Positions 17,799 through 25,885 are shown, counted from the first letter of the stretch. The stretch: 64,000 nucleotides of DNA from a virus (IMGVR_UViG_3300037400_003633:22560-86559); one strand, 5' to 3'. Program-made: numbers and translations. The notes: a model not told the origin generated them from the sequence alone.

Positions 17799-18008
17799 AT
17801 GGATGTAAGGATTAAATTCGACGCTGACCTGATTATTTCAGGTGAGACAATGCAAGAAGTCAGGAGTAAGTTCGAGAGCATGCAACTGTTCTCACAGGAG
17901 GCAAAGGATTCTGGCGTAGAGTTCAGCGAGATACAACTGGTTGAGGATTCTGAGACCTACGACGATTTGAGGCACGAGTATGACCACTGTTATGACAGGA
18001 ACGAGTGA
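17799..18008 (+). CDS. hypothetical acidic protein
   Basis: ORF track. Confidence 0.7.
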   Translation: MDVRIKFDADLIISGETMQEVRSKFESMQLFSQEAKDSGVEFSEIQLVEDSETYDDLRHEYDHCYDRNE

Positions 18009-18100
18009 TTGTTAATAAACAATAAAAAACTGGGCAGTTTCTTTTCTGTTCCAGTTTTTTTCTGTAATTTTGCCACGTCAAACTTAAATAACAAACAGAT

Positions 18101-18523
18101 ATGGAAGCAAATGTAACAGGATTTATCAGGAAATGGAACGGTAGAACATTACAGGATGACGGCAGTAGTGTTTCGAAAGAGTTTCATTCATTTCAGGTGG
18201 CGTTCATTAACGCCATGCGTAAGATTGCCACTGCGTTAGGTGGTGAAGTTGTAGGACAGTCCTATGGTCACTACGATATGAGTGGATTCATCAGGAGAGG
18301 CGACAAGTATGTGTATTTCAGTTACAGTAATGGCTGTTGTCGTGGTGGAAGAACATTCGTAAACCTGAAAGGACAGTGGGATGACTGGCATTCGCCATTA
18401 CTTATCAGAACAGCAGCAGACAGCAAGGATTTTCGTGGAGGCTGTAATCATTTTACATCATTCGAGAAGTGTCAAGAACTGATAGACAGCCTACTAAATA
18501 CAGAACATCGTAGAGTATGGTAA
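18101..18523 (+). CDS. hypothetical protein
   Basis: ORF track; -7 box + leader. Confidence 0.8.
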   Translation: MEANVTGFIRKWNGRTLQDDGSSVSKEFHSFQVAFINAMRKIATALGGEVVGQSYGHYDMSGFIRRGDKYVYFSYSNGCCRGGRTFVNLKGQWDDWHSPLLIRTAADSKDFRGGCNHFTSFEKCQELIDSLLNTEHRRVW

Positions 18524-18651
18524 TAACATTAAAATAATAAAAGCTATGAGAAAAGTATTGTATTAAAAATCATTAAAAGATGAGACTATCTCTTGGTAGT
18601 CTCAATTTTTTTATGTAATTTTGCAGCGTCAAACAACAAACAATTAAGGTT

Positions 18652-19377
18652 ATGGATAAGAACAAAGAGAGTTTAATCAAGGCGATTGCCAAGGCTATCA
18701 AGGAGAGTGCTAAGGGAATCAATGGCAATGTTTATTGCTATGCCAACGTTCCCATTGAACTGCGGAATTGGGGTGCAGGATGGGGCAACAAGTGGAAGTG
18801 GTCATCTTCCGAGATTAAGGTGGGTAACGAAACCTACAAGTTCACTGACAAGGAAGTAACTGACCAAGAAATGATTAGCATTGCAAAGCAGGCTTTGGAG
18901 TTAAGTGGCTGCAAGGGCAAGGTTCTCTATGATGAATGTGGCGATGGCTATTGGATTTCCAAGACCTATAGTTTCAATGGCATCAAGGTATATGGTGAAC
19001 CCTGCAATGAGTTCAAGGAACTGAATAAGATGCTTGCCAAGTATGGTAATAAGACAATAGGTGAGCAGGATGTGTTCCACGTCAATGTGTGTGGCAAACG
19101 TTCATCTTGGAGTGATAGCGGTCACGAAAGTTATCTATGCTATATGCCTAAGGTTTGTGCCAATATCATTGACTATATTAGGCACAATAGACTAAGAGGT
19201 TGGAAAGTGTGCATCAGCATGGAAGAGTATTTCAGTCATGGTGACGAAATGGACTATCGCTGCGCACAACACCAAGAAAGCGAATGGTACGGATGCAGGG
19301 GTGTGATGTTGGTGACTGACATCAAGAACACCAAGGGTGAACCAAAACTGCATAAGACCTTTATGGATTTCAGTTGA
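18652..19377 (+). CDS. hypothetical protein
   Basis: ORF track; promoter + leader. Confidence 0.8.
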   Translation: MDKNKESLIKAIAKAIKESAKGINGNVYCYANVPIELRNWGAGWGNKWKWSSSEIKVGNETYKFTDKEVTDQEMISIAKQALELSGCKGKVLYDECGDGYWISKTYSFNGIKVYGEPCNEFKELNKMLAKYGNKTIGEQDVFHVNVCGKRSSWSDSGHESYLCYMPKVCANIIDYIRHNRLRGWKVCISMEEYFSHGDEMDYRCAQHQESEWYGCRGVMLVTDIKNTKGEPKLHKTFMDFS

Positions 19378-19455
19378 GTTTTCTTTCTAAACCATAATGA
19401 TAATTTTAAATGATGTTAAAGTTTGGGGTAGTCTTTTGGCTATCCCGACTTTTTT
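19378..19455 (+). ncRNA. candidate antisense-TIR small RNA G with terminator
   Basis: AAAC-CAT-AATGATAATTTTAAATGATGTTAAAGT then TTGGGGTAGTC/GGCTATCCCGA hairpin + T-run. Confidence 0.55.
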
Positions 19456-19485
19456 GTGTAATTTTGCTACCGAATTAAAACATTA

Positions 19486-19779
19486 ATGGTTATGGATAAG
19501 AAAAATACGTTTTACATTGTGGTTGTGTTCTATGACGGACTTGGCTACACATTGCAGGAGGATGAAAAGGTACACCTATTCTTCCACTACGGGATAAAAG
19601 GCTACAAAAAGTTAGCCTACGCTATCAAGAAAGCAAATAGACTGGCTTATACCTACGTCAATGAAAAGACCTGCATATTCAAGGTAGAAGAAGATGAGAG
19701 AGTTTCCTGTGACCAATATCGTGACTGGTGCAAGGATAAGAATAGACTGGTTTATGAAAATAAAGGATTTAAGTTATGA
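19486..19779 (+). CDS. hypothetical protein
   Basis: ORF track. Confidence 0.75.
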   Translation: MVMDKKNTFYIVVVFYDGLGYTLQEDEKVHLFFHYGIKGYKKLAYAIKKANRLAYTYVNEKTCIFKVEEDERVSCDQYRDWCKDKNRLVYENKGFKL

Positions 19780-20033
19780 TAGCAATTAATGATTTCAAGT
19801 TAGTGGCTGATTTTAATGACTGGTCACAAACTCACGACCCAGACAAACTCTATTGTATTACAAAGGAGAATGGAGAGGAATTGTTTGATGTGTACGAAGA
19901 TGATTTCATTACTATGATTGACCTTGGTATCGTCAATAGCGAGGGATTTTATTACCTGCTTGGTAATCCTACTGATGACCAAATTAGGGAGTATGCAAAG
20001 ATGTATGGTATTCACTGGACTGATTTAGACTAA
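19776..20033 (+). CDS. hypothetical protein
   Basis: ORF track; ATGA overlap. Confidence 0.75.
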   Translation: MIAINDFKLVADFNDWSQTHDPDKLYCITKENGEELFDVYEDDFITMIDLGIVNSEGFYYLLGNPTDDQIREYAKMYGIHWTDLD

Positions 20034-20037
20034 GATT

Positions 20038-20265
20038 ATGAAAAGGAGAAAGATAGTAAGGCGAAAGAACATCTATGATGTTGACTGGTGGAGAGGTGAC
20101 TGGTGTTATCGTACAACCACTGGCTGCGACTGGGAAGCAGTACTGGAGTGCAAACGTGCTGCGAAGTTAATGGGTGAGAAAATAACCTATGAGAAGACTG
20201 GAGTAAAGGAAGATGTGTACTATACTGGAGGACGAGGTGGTTCACCAATATTTATGGCACGTTAA
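20038..20265 (+). CDS. hypothetical protein (ACTGG-rich gene)
   Basis: ORF track. Confidence 0.7.
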   Translation: MKRRKIVRRKNIYDVDWWRGDWCYRTTTGCDWEAVLECKRAAKLMGEKITYEKTGVKEDVYYTGGRGGSPIFMAR

Positions 20266-20294
20266 AATATTAACAATTAAAATGCAAATGAATT

Positions 20295-20591
20295 ATGGAA
20301 ATTAGAAGAATGAAACGAGAGCAAATTAGAAGGAAACTGTCAGCACTATTGATGCACACTGACGAGCAGCATCCAATGGAATGTCGGTATGTGGTAGGAG
20401 ACGCTTATTCTTGTGGTTTAAGCACGCTGGAAATGCCTACTATCACCAGTATGTTTCAAGAGCCATCAGAGGGCATTATTTGGTTTCAGTTTGAAGGTGA
20501 ACAAGAGCCAAGAGAGTTTGACGATATGGTTAGGTCAGACCTTAATGAACTACTGGAAGGATTAAAAGAAGATATGTTATTAACAATTTAA
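20295..20591 (+). CDS. hypothetical protein
   Basis: ORF track; leader AATGCAAATGAATTATG shared with the next gene. Confidence 0.75.
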   Translation: MEIRRMKREQIRRKLSALLMHTDEQHPMECRYVVGDAYSCGLSTLEMPTITSMFQEPSEGIIWFQFEGEQEPREFDDMVRSDLNELLEGLKEDMLLTI

Positions 20592-20603
20592 TGCAAATGA
20601 ATT

Positions 20604-21005
20604 ATGATTGAAGGAAGTATTGGACTGGGAGATTTCCTTAGAGGAGAAAACTCTATCAGTTGTGAGATTGGTTGTGTTACTGGTATGCGACAAAGCACTG
20701 GTTCACGGAAGGGTATGATTTACAAGATTGGTATTAACTGGTTCTTCGCTGACGAGATTAGCCACGACTGGTGGGGAGAACTACAACACAAGGTAGGTGT
20801 AGGCAAACGATACAACTACAAAAAGCCTATTAAGGTTATATACAAGAAAAGAACCTATAAGGCTATAAGAGTTGAGTTTGAGGAAAACTACCACGTTATA
20901 CTGGAAGATAAGGACGGTGCATTAGTCTATGAACACATTTATTCCTTACCAACAAAGACATTAGAACGGCTGGTTAACCAATATGATAAAGAACAAATTA
21001 AATAA
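20604..21005 (+). CDS. hypothetical protein
   Basis: ORF track. Confidence 0.75.
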   Translation: MIEGSIGLGDFLRGENSISCEIGCVTGMRQSTGSRKGMIYKIGINWFFADEISHDWWGELQHKVGVGKRYNYKKPIKVIYKKRTYKAIRVEFEENYHVILEDKDGALVYEHIYSLPTKTLERLVNQYDKEQIK

Positions 21006-21012
21006 AATAACT

Positions 21013-21363
21013 ATGAATAAAAAAGAATTGAAAGCACATCTTATCATTATGATAGGTGAGTTAAAAGGGGAGATTGATAACGAGTCAGGTTGCTTTGATG
21101 AGATTGCAACATCAGCACTAAAGAACGTATTAGGCTGCAATGAACTGGTTGATACTGATAGCAATGACATACTGGTACAACTGGATAAAAGTATTGAGGA
21201 CGATGGGCTACTGGTTGATGCAGTATTTTTGTCCAGTAATAACAAGGTGTTATTTAGCGTTACTGATGCAGAAGATGAAATGATTGATAGTGCTGAACTT
21301 GCTGACATATCAAGAGAGAACATCATAAAATTATTAGATGAAATATATAAAATGTGTGAATAA
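21013..21363 (+). CDS. hypothetical acidic protein
   Basis: start corrected to ATG 21013. Confidence 0.75.
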   Translation: MNKKELKAHLIIMIGELKGEIDNESGCFDEIATSALKNVLGCNELVDTDSNDILVQLDKSIEDDGLLVDAVFLSSNNKVLFSVTDAEDEMIDSAELADISRENIIKLLDEIYKMCE

Positions 21364-21445
21364 AACAAAAATAATTGGGATATTATTTGGGTATTACATT
21401 TTTTCTTTGTAACTTTGCAACGTCAAACAATTAAAATTAGAAGAT

Positions 21446-21700
21446 ATGATTAACGCAGAACAAGCAAAGCAGTACACTAAGAAGTTCGAACCAAGTAAGG
21501 AGTTGGTAGAACAAGTAGAAAAACAAATCAAGAGAGGTGAGCGTCACATTCACGTCTACACTACTCGCTATTGTCGTGATTATGCAGAGGACTTTGCAAA
21601 GTATTGCAGGGAGCAGGGTTTCACCAATGCACGTATTGAGGACATCTACAACCGCAGAACGGGTGAAAGAGGTGGCAATTATCTTGCTATTGACCTTTAA
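21446..21700 (+). CDS. hypothetical protein
   Basis: ORF track; promoter + leader. Confidence 0.8.
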   Translation: MINAEQAKQYTKKFEPSKELVEQVEKQIKRGERHIHVYTTRYCRDYAEDFAKYCREQGFTNARIEDIYNRRTGERGGNYLAIDL

Positions 21701-21768
21701 GACTACAATGCCCACTATCAAGGTGGTGGTGGGCATTTAACAACTAACAATTAAACATTAGAAGAATT

Positions 21769-22278
21769 ATGGTAAACAAAGACAAAGTAAGGCAGATTTT
21801 CAGTATTGAACTATTGGAGGACAATGCCCAATATTTCAATCATTATACTGATATGATTAAGTGCGGTCATCCCTGGAACGTTGTGTGCGAGTTAAGAAAG
21901 GTCAGCGAAAACGCAGAGTCAGACCTTGACCCTTACACCTATGAGCAGATACTGGAGAGTGCCAAACAATTTAATGAGCGTATCGTATTCGACAATGGTG
22001 AATACTTGCTGACTGCCAATGACGCTATCATAGTCCTTTACCAGTATGGTGATGTGGACGTATACGACTGGACTGGAGATAAACTGGAAATAAACGATGA
22101 AGTTATATGGCTCGACCCCGATGATGATGCAAGAGATTTACGCAGGGTGTGGACTATCTATGATATAGTTAACGAAGAACTGGTTAAGATTGCTGACGAT
22201 GCATCAGAAGCAGAGGTTGCACCAAATGAACTGGTTAAAGCCAGTAACGTGCTACACGTTGACATCATAATCAAATAG
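21769..22278 (+). CDS. hypothetical protein, C-terminal SH3-like segment
   Basis: ORF track; LEINDEVIW...WTIYDI...VKI pattern. Confidence 0.75.
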   Translation: MVNKDKVRQIFSIELLEDNAQYFNHYTDMIKCGHPWNVVCELRKVSENAESDLDPYTYEQILESAKQFNERIVFDNGEYLLTANDAIIVLYQYGDVDVYDWTGDKLEINDEVIWLDPDDDARDLRRVWTIYDIVNEELVKIADDASEAEVAPNELVKASNVLHVDIIIK

Positions 22279-22294
22279 ACTTAAATAAGTACAA
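22278..22294 (+). promoter_or_regulatory. GACTTAAATAAGTACAA motif, copy 3
   Basis: exact 17-mer; TATATG at 22300; directly upstream of candidate sRNA H. Confidence 0.7.
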
Positions 22295-22307
22295 AGTACT
22301 ATATGAA

Positions 22308-22385
22308 CTAGAGCTTTGTCATACTATCAATATTTTAAATGAATAAGTAAACCAGTATTAGTCGTGAGATTGGTACTGGTTTTAT
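22308..22385 (+). ncRNA. candidate antisense-TIR small RNA H with GNRA terminator
   Basis: GCTTTGT-CAT-ACTATCAATATTTTAAATGAATAAGT then AACCAGTATTAGTC-GTGA-GATTGGTACTGGTT + T-run. Confidence 0.6.
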
Positions 22386-22394
22386 TATATACTG

Positions 22395-22411
22395 GACTTA
22401 AATAAGTACAA
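22395..22411 (+). promoter_or_regulatory. GACTTAAATAAGTACAA motif, copy 4
   Basis: exact 17-mer. Confidence 0.7.
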
Positions 22412-22476
22412 ATACTCTATATTCTTACACATTAAATAACTGGATAGATTTTATTTCACCTTATATAATATGTGCG

Positions 22477-22960
22477 CCAGTATAATATATGACAATATAT
22501 GTTGTGCGTGTATGTTTCACGTGAAACGTATAGAATTTATTCATGTAAATCCATACGCCTATATACGTGTATATGCACCAGTATAGCACATTACACCAGT
22601 ATAGACCAGCACATGTACTACAACCTATACCAGTTGATTCACGTATCTGCACCAGTTGGCATACGCCAGTACAGTGAGCATAACAGACCAGTTTCTCCTG
22701 ACAGACAAGCCACGATAATCAGGCTATCAGGAATCACATTGAGGACTGTACGCCAGTGTGTATATACGCACAGGTTATTTATATACCCCTTTATATTTCC
22801 CCAGACTGATTTACCCGCTGTAAAGATTTTTTACCACTGTAAATTGCATATAACTATATAGGGCTACTGGTTGTAAAGATTTATTATTTTCCCAGTATCT
22901 TTTGTTTGGCTACCAGTTGCCAGTTGTACCAGTCACCAGTAATCCAGTAAAAACACTGGT
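22477..22960. repeat. non-coding CCAGT cluster
   Basis: 14 CCAGT copies on + between 22477 and 22948. Confidence 0.8.
22818..22885 (+). repeat. about 70-bp imperfect repeat, copy 1 (TGTAAAGATT...GCATATAACTATATAG...TGTAAAGA)
   Basis: second copy at about 26098-26168. Confidence 0.65.
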
Positions 22961-23065
22961 TTGTGAACAGATGTTAATAAATTAAAACAAATTGGAAAAT
23001 ATTTGCAGGAATCAATAAAAGTCGCTACATTTGCACCCAGTTATTTATCATTTAAAATTAAAAGT

Positions 23066-24571
23066 ATGGCAAACATGAATTTTTCTCAGTTTCAAATCGC
23101 TATCTTTAACGAAGTTAAGAATGGCACTGGTAATCTTGCAATCAATGCGGTTGCAGGTAGTGGTAAGACCACAACAATCGTTGAATGCTGCAAGTTGCTG
23201 CATCTAAACAAGTATGATGTTAAATTCTTGGCTTTCAACAAGTCTATTGTAGAAGAGTTGTCAGTTAAGATTGGCAATTATGCTGATGTTTCCACCCTGC
23301 ATTCCTTTGGCTTTAATGTTATTAAGAAAATAAATAAAAGAGCCAAGGTTAACAACCGCAAGTATTCCAACGTCATTCGTGATATGGTTGATAGCAACAA
23401 CAAAAACTTTGTCGCTATCGTTAACAATGCCAGTAAGTTGTTTAACCTTTGTCGTGTTAACCTTATCAAGGCTGATAACATAACCGCTATCAATGCCATT
23501 TGTGACGAACACTCTATCGTTGTACTGGATAACGAAATCAGTATCGTTAACTCCCTGCTAAAGGATTGCTATATACTGGATAACGATAATCCCGAAGTTG
23601 ATTTCACCGATATGCTTGTCCTGCCTTTGGCATATCGTCGCCATATTCCTGCCTACAAGTTTGTCTTTATTGACGAATGCCAAGACCTTAACGCTGCACA
23701 ACGTGAGTTGATGCTTGCTGCTGCTGCAAAAGGTCGTTTTATTGCGGTTGGTGATAGAAACCAAGCAATCAATGGTTTTGCAGGTGCTGACTGCAATTCT
23801 TTCGATAAGATTGCAACCCTGCCAAATACCAAGGAGTTGCCATTGTCAGTTAACTATCGTTGTGGCAAATCTATGATTGCACTGGCACAACAAATCGTGC
23901 CACAAATACAAGCCCACGACAAGGCAATAGAGGGAGTTGTTGCTCATACCAATGAGATTACCTTAGACCTTTTCAAGGCTAATGATATGGTGCTTTGTCG
24001 CTCCACTGCTCCACTGGTTGCAATGTGTCTTAAACTGATACAAGCAGGTGTAACCGCTATCGTTAAGGGTCGTGACATTGCTGATGGGTTAATTAACACC
24101 ATTGAGAAGTCCAAGGCTAAGACCATTAAAGGGTTTGAATCTTGGGTAGAGATTGAAAAGGCAAAGGTCGTTAAGGACATCTGCAAGAAAGATAACATTA
24201 CACCTGCCGAAGCAGAGGAAACTGGACGTTATATAGCCTTTATGGATAGAATGAACTGCATTCTTACCATTGGTGAAAACGTTAACAAACTGGATGACGT
24301 TAAGGCTTACATTCAGCAGATTTTCAGTGATGATAAGATTAACAATGCCGTAACACTTTCAACGGCTCACAAGTCCAAAGGACTGGAATCGGATAGAGTT
24401 GTTATCCTGCTCCCCGAAAAGTTACCACTGACTTGGAAACACCAGTTAGAATGGCAATATCAGCAAGAGTTAAACTTGAAGTACGTTGCACTGACACGAG
24501 CCAAAAAAGAACTGGTTTTCGCTGACACCAGTTTGGCTGACCTGCTGAAAGTCAAGTTCAACAACAAGTAA
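23066..24571 (+). CDS. UvrD/Rep-like superfamily I helicase
   Basis: AVAGSGKT, FIDECQD, VGDRNQAINGFAGAD, LSVNYRC, STAHKSKGLE, YVALTRAK; start corrected to ATG 23066. Confidence 0.9.
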   Translation: MANMNFSQFQIAIFNEVKNGTGNLAINAVAGSGKTTTIVECCKLLHLNKYDVKFLAFNKSIVEELSVKIGNYADVSTLHSFGFNVIKKINKRAKVNNRKYSNVIRDMVDSNNKNFVAIVNNASKLFNLCRVNLIKADNITAINAICDEHSIVVLDNEISIVNSLLKDCYILDNDNPEVDFTDMLVLPLAYRRHIPAYKFVFIDECQDLNAAQRELMLAAAAKGRFIAVGDRNQAINGFAGADCNSFDKIATLPNTKELPLSVNYRCGKSMIALAQQIVPQIQAHDKAIEGVVAHTNEITLDLFKANDMVLCRSTAPLVAMCLKLIQAGVTAIVKGRDIADGLINTIEKSKAKTIKGFESWVEIEKAKVVKDICKKDNITPAEAEETGRYIAFMDRMNCILTIGENVNKLDDVKAYIQQIFSDDKINNAVTLSTAHKSKGLESDRVVILLPEKLPLTWKHQLEWQYQQELNLKYVALTRAKKELVFADTSLADLLKVKFNNK

Positions 24572-24576
24572 CCACC

Positions 24577-24605
24577 AAGGGCAACACACAAAGTTGCCCT
24601 TTTTT
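24577..24605 (+). terminator. intrinsic terminator
   Basis: AGGGCAAC-ACACAAA-GTTGCCCT + T-run. Confidence 0.75.
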
Positions 24606-24714
24606 AGTGCTTAAAACTTTTTTCTTAAAAAAGCTTAAAATATTTGGTAGTATCAAAATAATACCTTATTTTTGTACCCGAAATAAGTTTATTAATCATT
24701 TAAAATTAAGCATT

Positions 24715-25464
24715 ATGAAACATCAATTAAGTTCAATCGTGTTCGGTAAGGGAGTTGCTAACAATGTAGAGCGCACAAGTGACGTTGCTGCTTATTTGGC
24801 TATGATTGCCAACTTTAAGCCACTGACCATTGAAGAAGAAATCGAACTTGCCTATCGCATCCAAAATGGTGACAAGGCAGCAAAGGACACTCTGGTTAAT
24901 CACAATCTTCGTGCTGTTGTTTCTATCGCTAAGAGTTATTCCTATTGTGGCGGTTGTCTTTCCCTGCTTGACCTTATCAATGAGGGAAACCAAGGACTTA
25001 TCGAAGCAGCCGACCTTTATGACCCAACAATCGGCACTAAGTTTATGAGTTTTGCCGTTTCTTTCGTCCGCAAGTACATACTTGATGCACTGACCCACAA
25101 ATCAAGAATGGTAGCCGACTACCATAAGGACACGCCAAACCGACATTCATCACTTGATGCACCAACCAATGACGATGCAGACACCACATTAGGCGACATC
25201 CTTTGCACATCAGTTGATGCAGAAGTTAGTCTTAACGACTCCCTTTCTACCGACTTGCTCCGAGTGCTTAACTCAATCCTGCAACCCAAGGAAGTAACAA
25301 TCATTTGCACTATCTACGGAATAGGCACAACCCAAATGAGTAGAAAGACCATTGCAGAGAAAATGAATAAGACCGATGAACGCATCCGACAAATCATTGA
25401 GGGCGCAATAATCAAAGTACGAAAGAACGACCAAGCAATGACCCTGCTAATGAAATATATCTAA
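24715..25464 (+). CDS. sigma-70 family factor lacking most of region 3
   Basis: region 1.2 (YL..I...KPLTIEEE), 2.1-2.2 (LVNHNLRAVVSIAKSY, DLINEGNQGL), region 4 (T.ERIRQI); start corrected to ATG 24715. Confidence 0.85.
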   Translation: MKHQLSSIVFGKGVANNVERTSDVAAYLAMIANFKPLTIEEEIELAYRIQNGDKAAKDTLVNHNLRAVVSIAKSYSYCGGCLSLLDLINEGNQGLIEAADLYDPTIGTKFMSFAVSFVRKYILDALTHKSRMVADYHKDTPNRHSSLDAPTNDDADTTLGDILCTSVDAEVSLNDSLSTDLLRVLNSILQPKEVTIICTIYGIGTTQMSRKTIAEKMNKTDERIRQIIEGAIIKVRKNDQAMTLLMKYI

Positions 25465-25481
25465 GCACAACAAACCATAAT

Positions 25482-25517
25482 CAAGCCTGCTACAAACCAA
25501 GTGGCAGGCTTTTTTTA
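25482..25517 (+). terminator. intrinsic terminator
   Basis: AAGCCTGCTAC-AAACCAA-GTGGCAGGCTT + T-run. Confidence 0.75.
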
Positions 25518-25519
25518 TT

Positions 25520-25536
25520 GACTTAAATAAGTACAA
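25520..25536 (+). promoter_or_regulatory. GACTTAAATAAGTACAA motif, copy 5
   Basis: exact 17-mer right after the sigma-gene terminator. Confidence 0.7.
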
Positions 25537-25709
25537 GCCACCATATTTCTATCCTGCAATATATAATAACATGCAAAATATGCACGGAAATAGCGTTTAT
25601 TTCGCTCACAATCGCTTTGTACTATCTTTGTGGTTAACTACCAAGGTAAACCACCAAAAACGCAATACGAGCCATTTATGAACGTTTTTAGCCAGTAACC
25701 AGTACAACA

Positions 25710-25885
25710 AACCAGTCAAGACACCTGATGCCTGACAATCAGGACACCAGTATAAACCAGTTAACAAAACTAACCAGTCAAGACACCTGATGCCTGACAA
25801 TCAGGACACCAGTATAAACCAGTTAACAAAACTAACCAGTCAAGACACCTGATGCCTGACAATCAGGACACCAGTATAAACCAGT
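25710..25885 (+). repeat. 62-bp tandem repeat, about 2.8 copies
   Basis: unit AACCAGTCAAGACACCTGATGCCTGACAATCAGGACACCAGTATAAACCAGTTAACAAAACT; CCAGTC at 25712, 25774, 25836. Confidence 0.9.

Noticed and set aside
1573-22385. Antisense CAT elements as starts of real minus-strand genes
   Set aside because: No minus-strand promoter was seen; frames stop within a few codons or run antisense into the upstream gene
22461-22861. ORFs 22499..22861 (+) and 22461..22652 (-) as real genes
   Set aside because: GTG or weak starts, no A-rich leader or promoter, and composition dictated by CCAGT/AT repeats
4350-24714. Upstream TTG/GTG extensions of many ORFs (4350, 6546, 7990, 13781, 14976, 23003, 24607)
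   Set aside because: These starts lie inside or upstream of the TAnnTTTG promoter box; the ATG after the A-rich leader is the plausible start
25710-25885. CRISPR array
   Set aside because: Contiguous 62-bp units with no unique spacers; no cas genes seen
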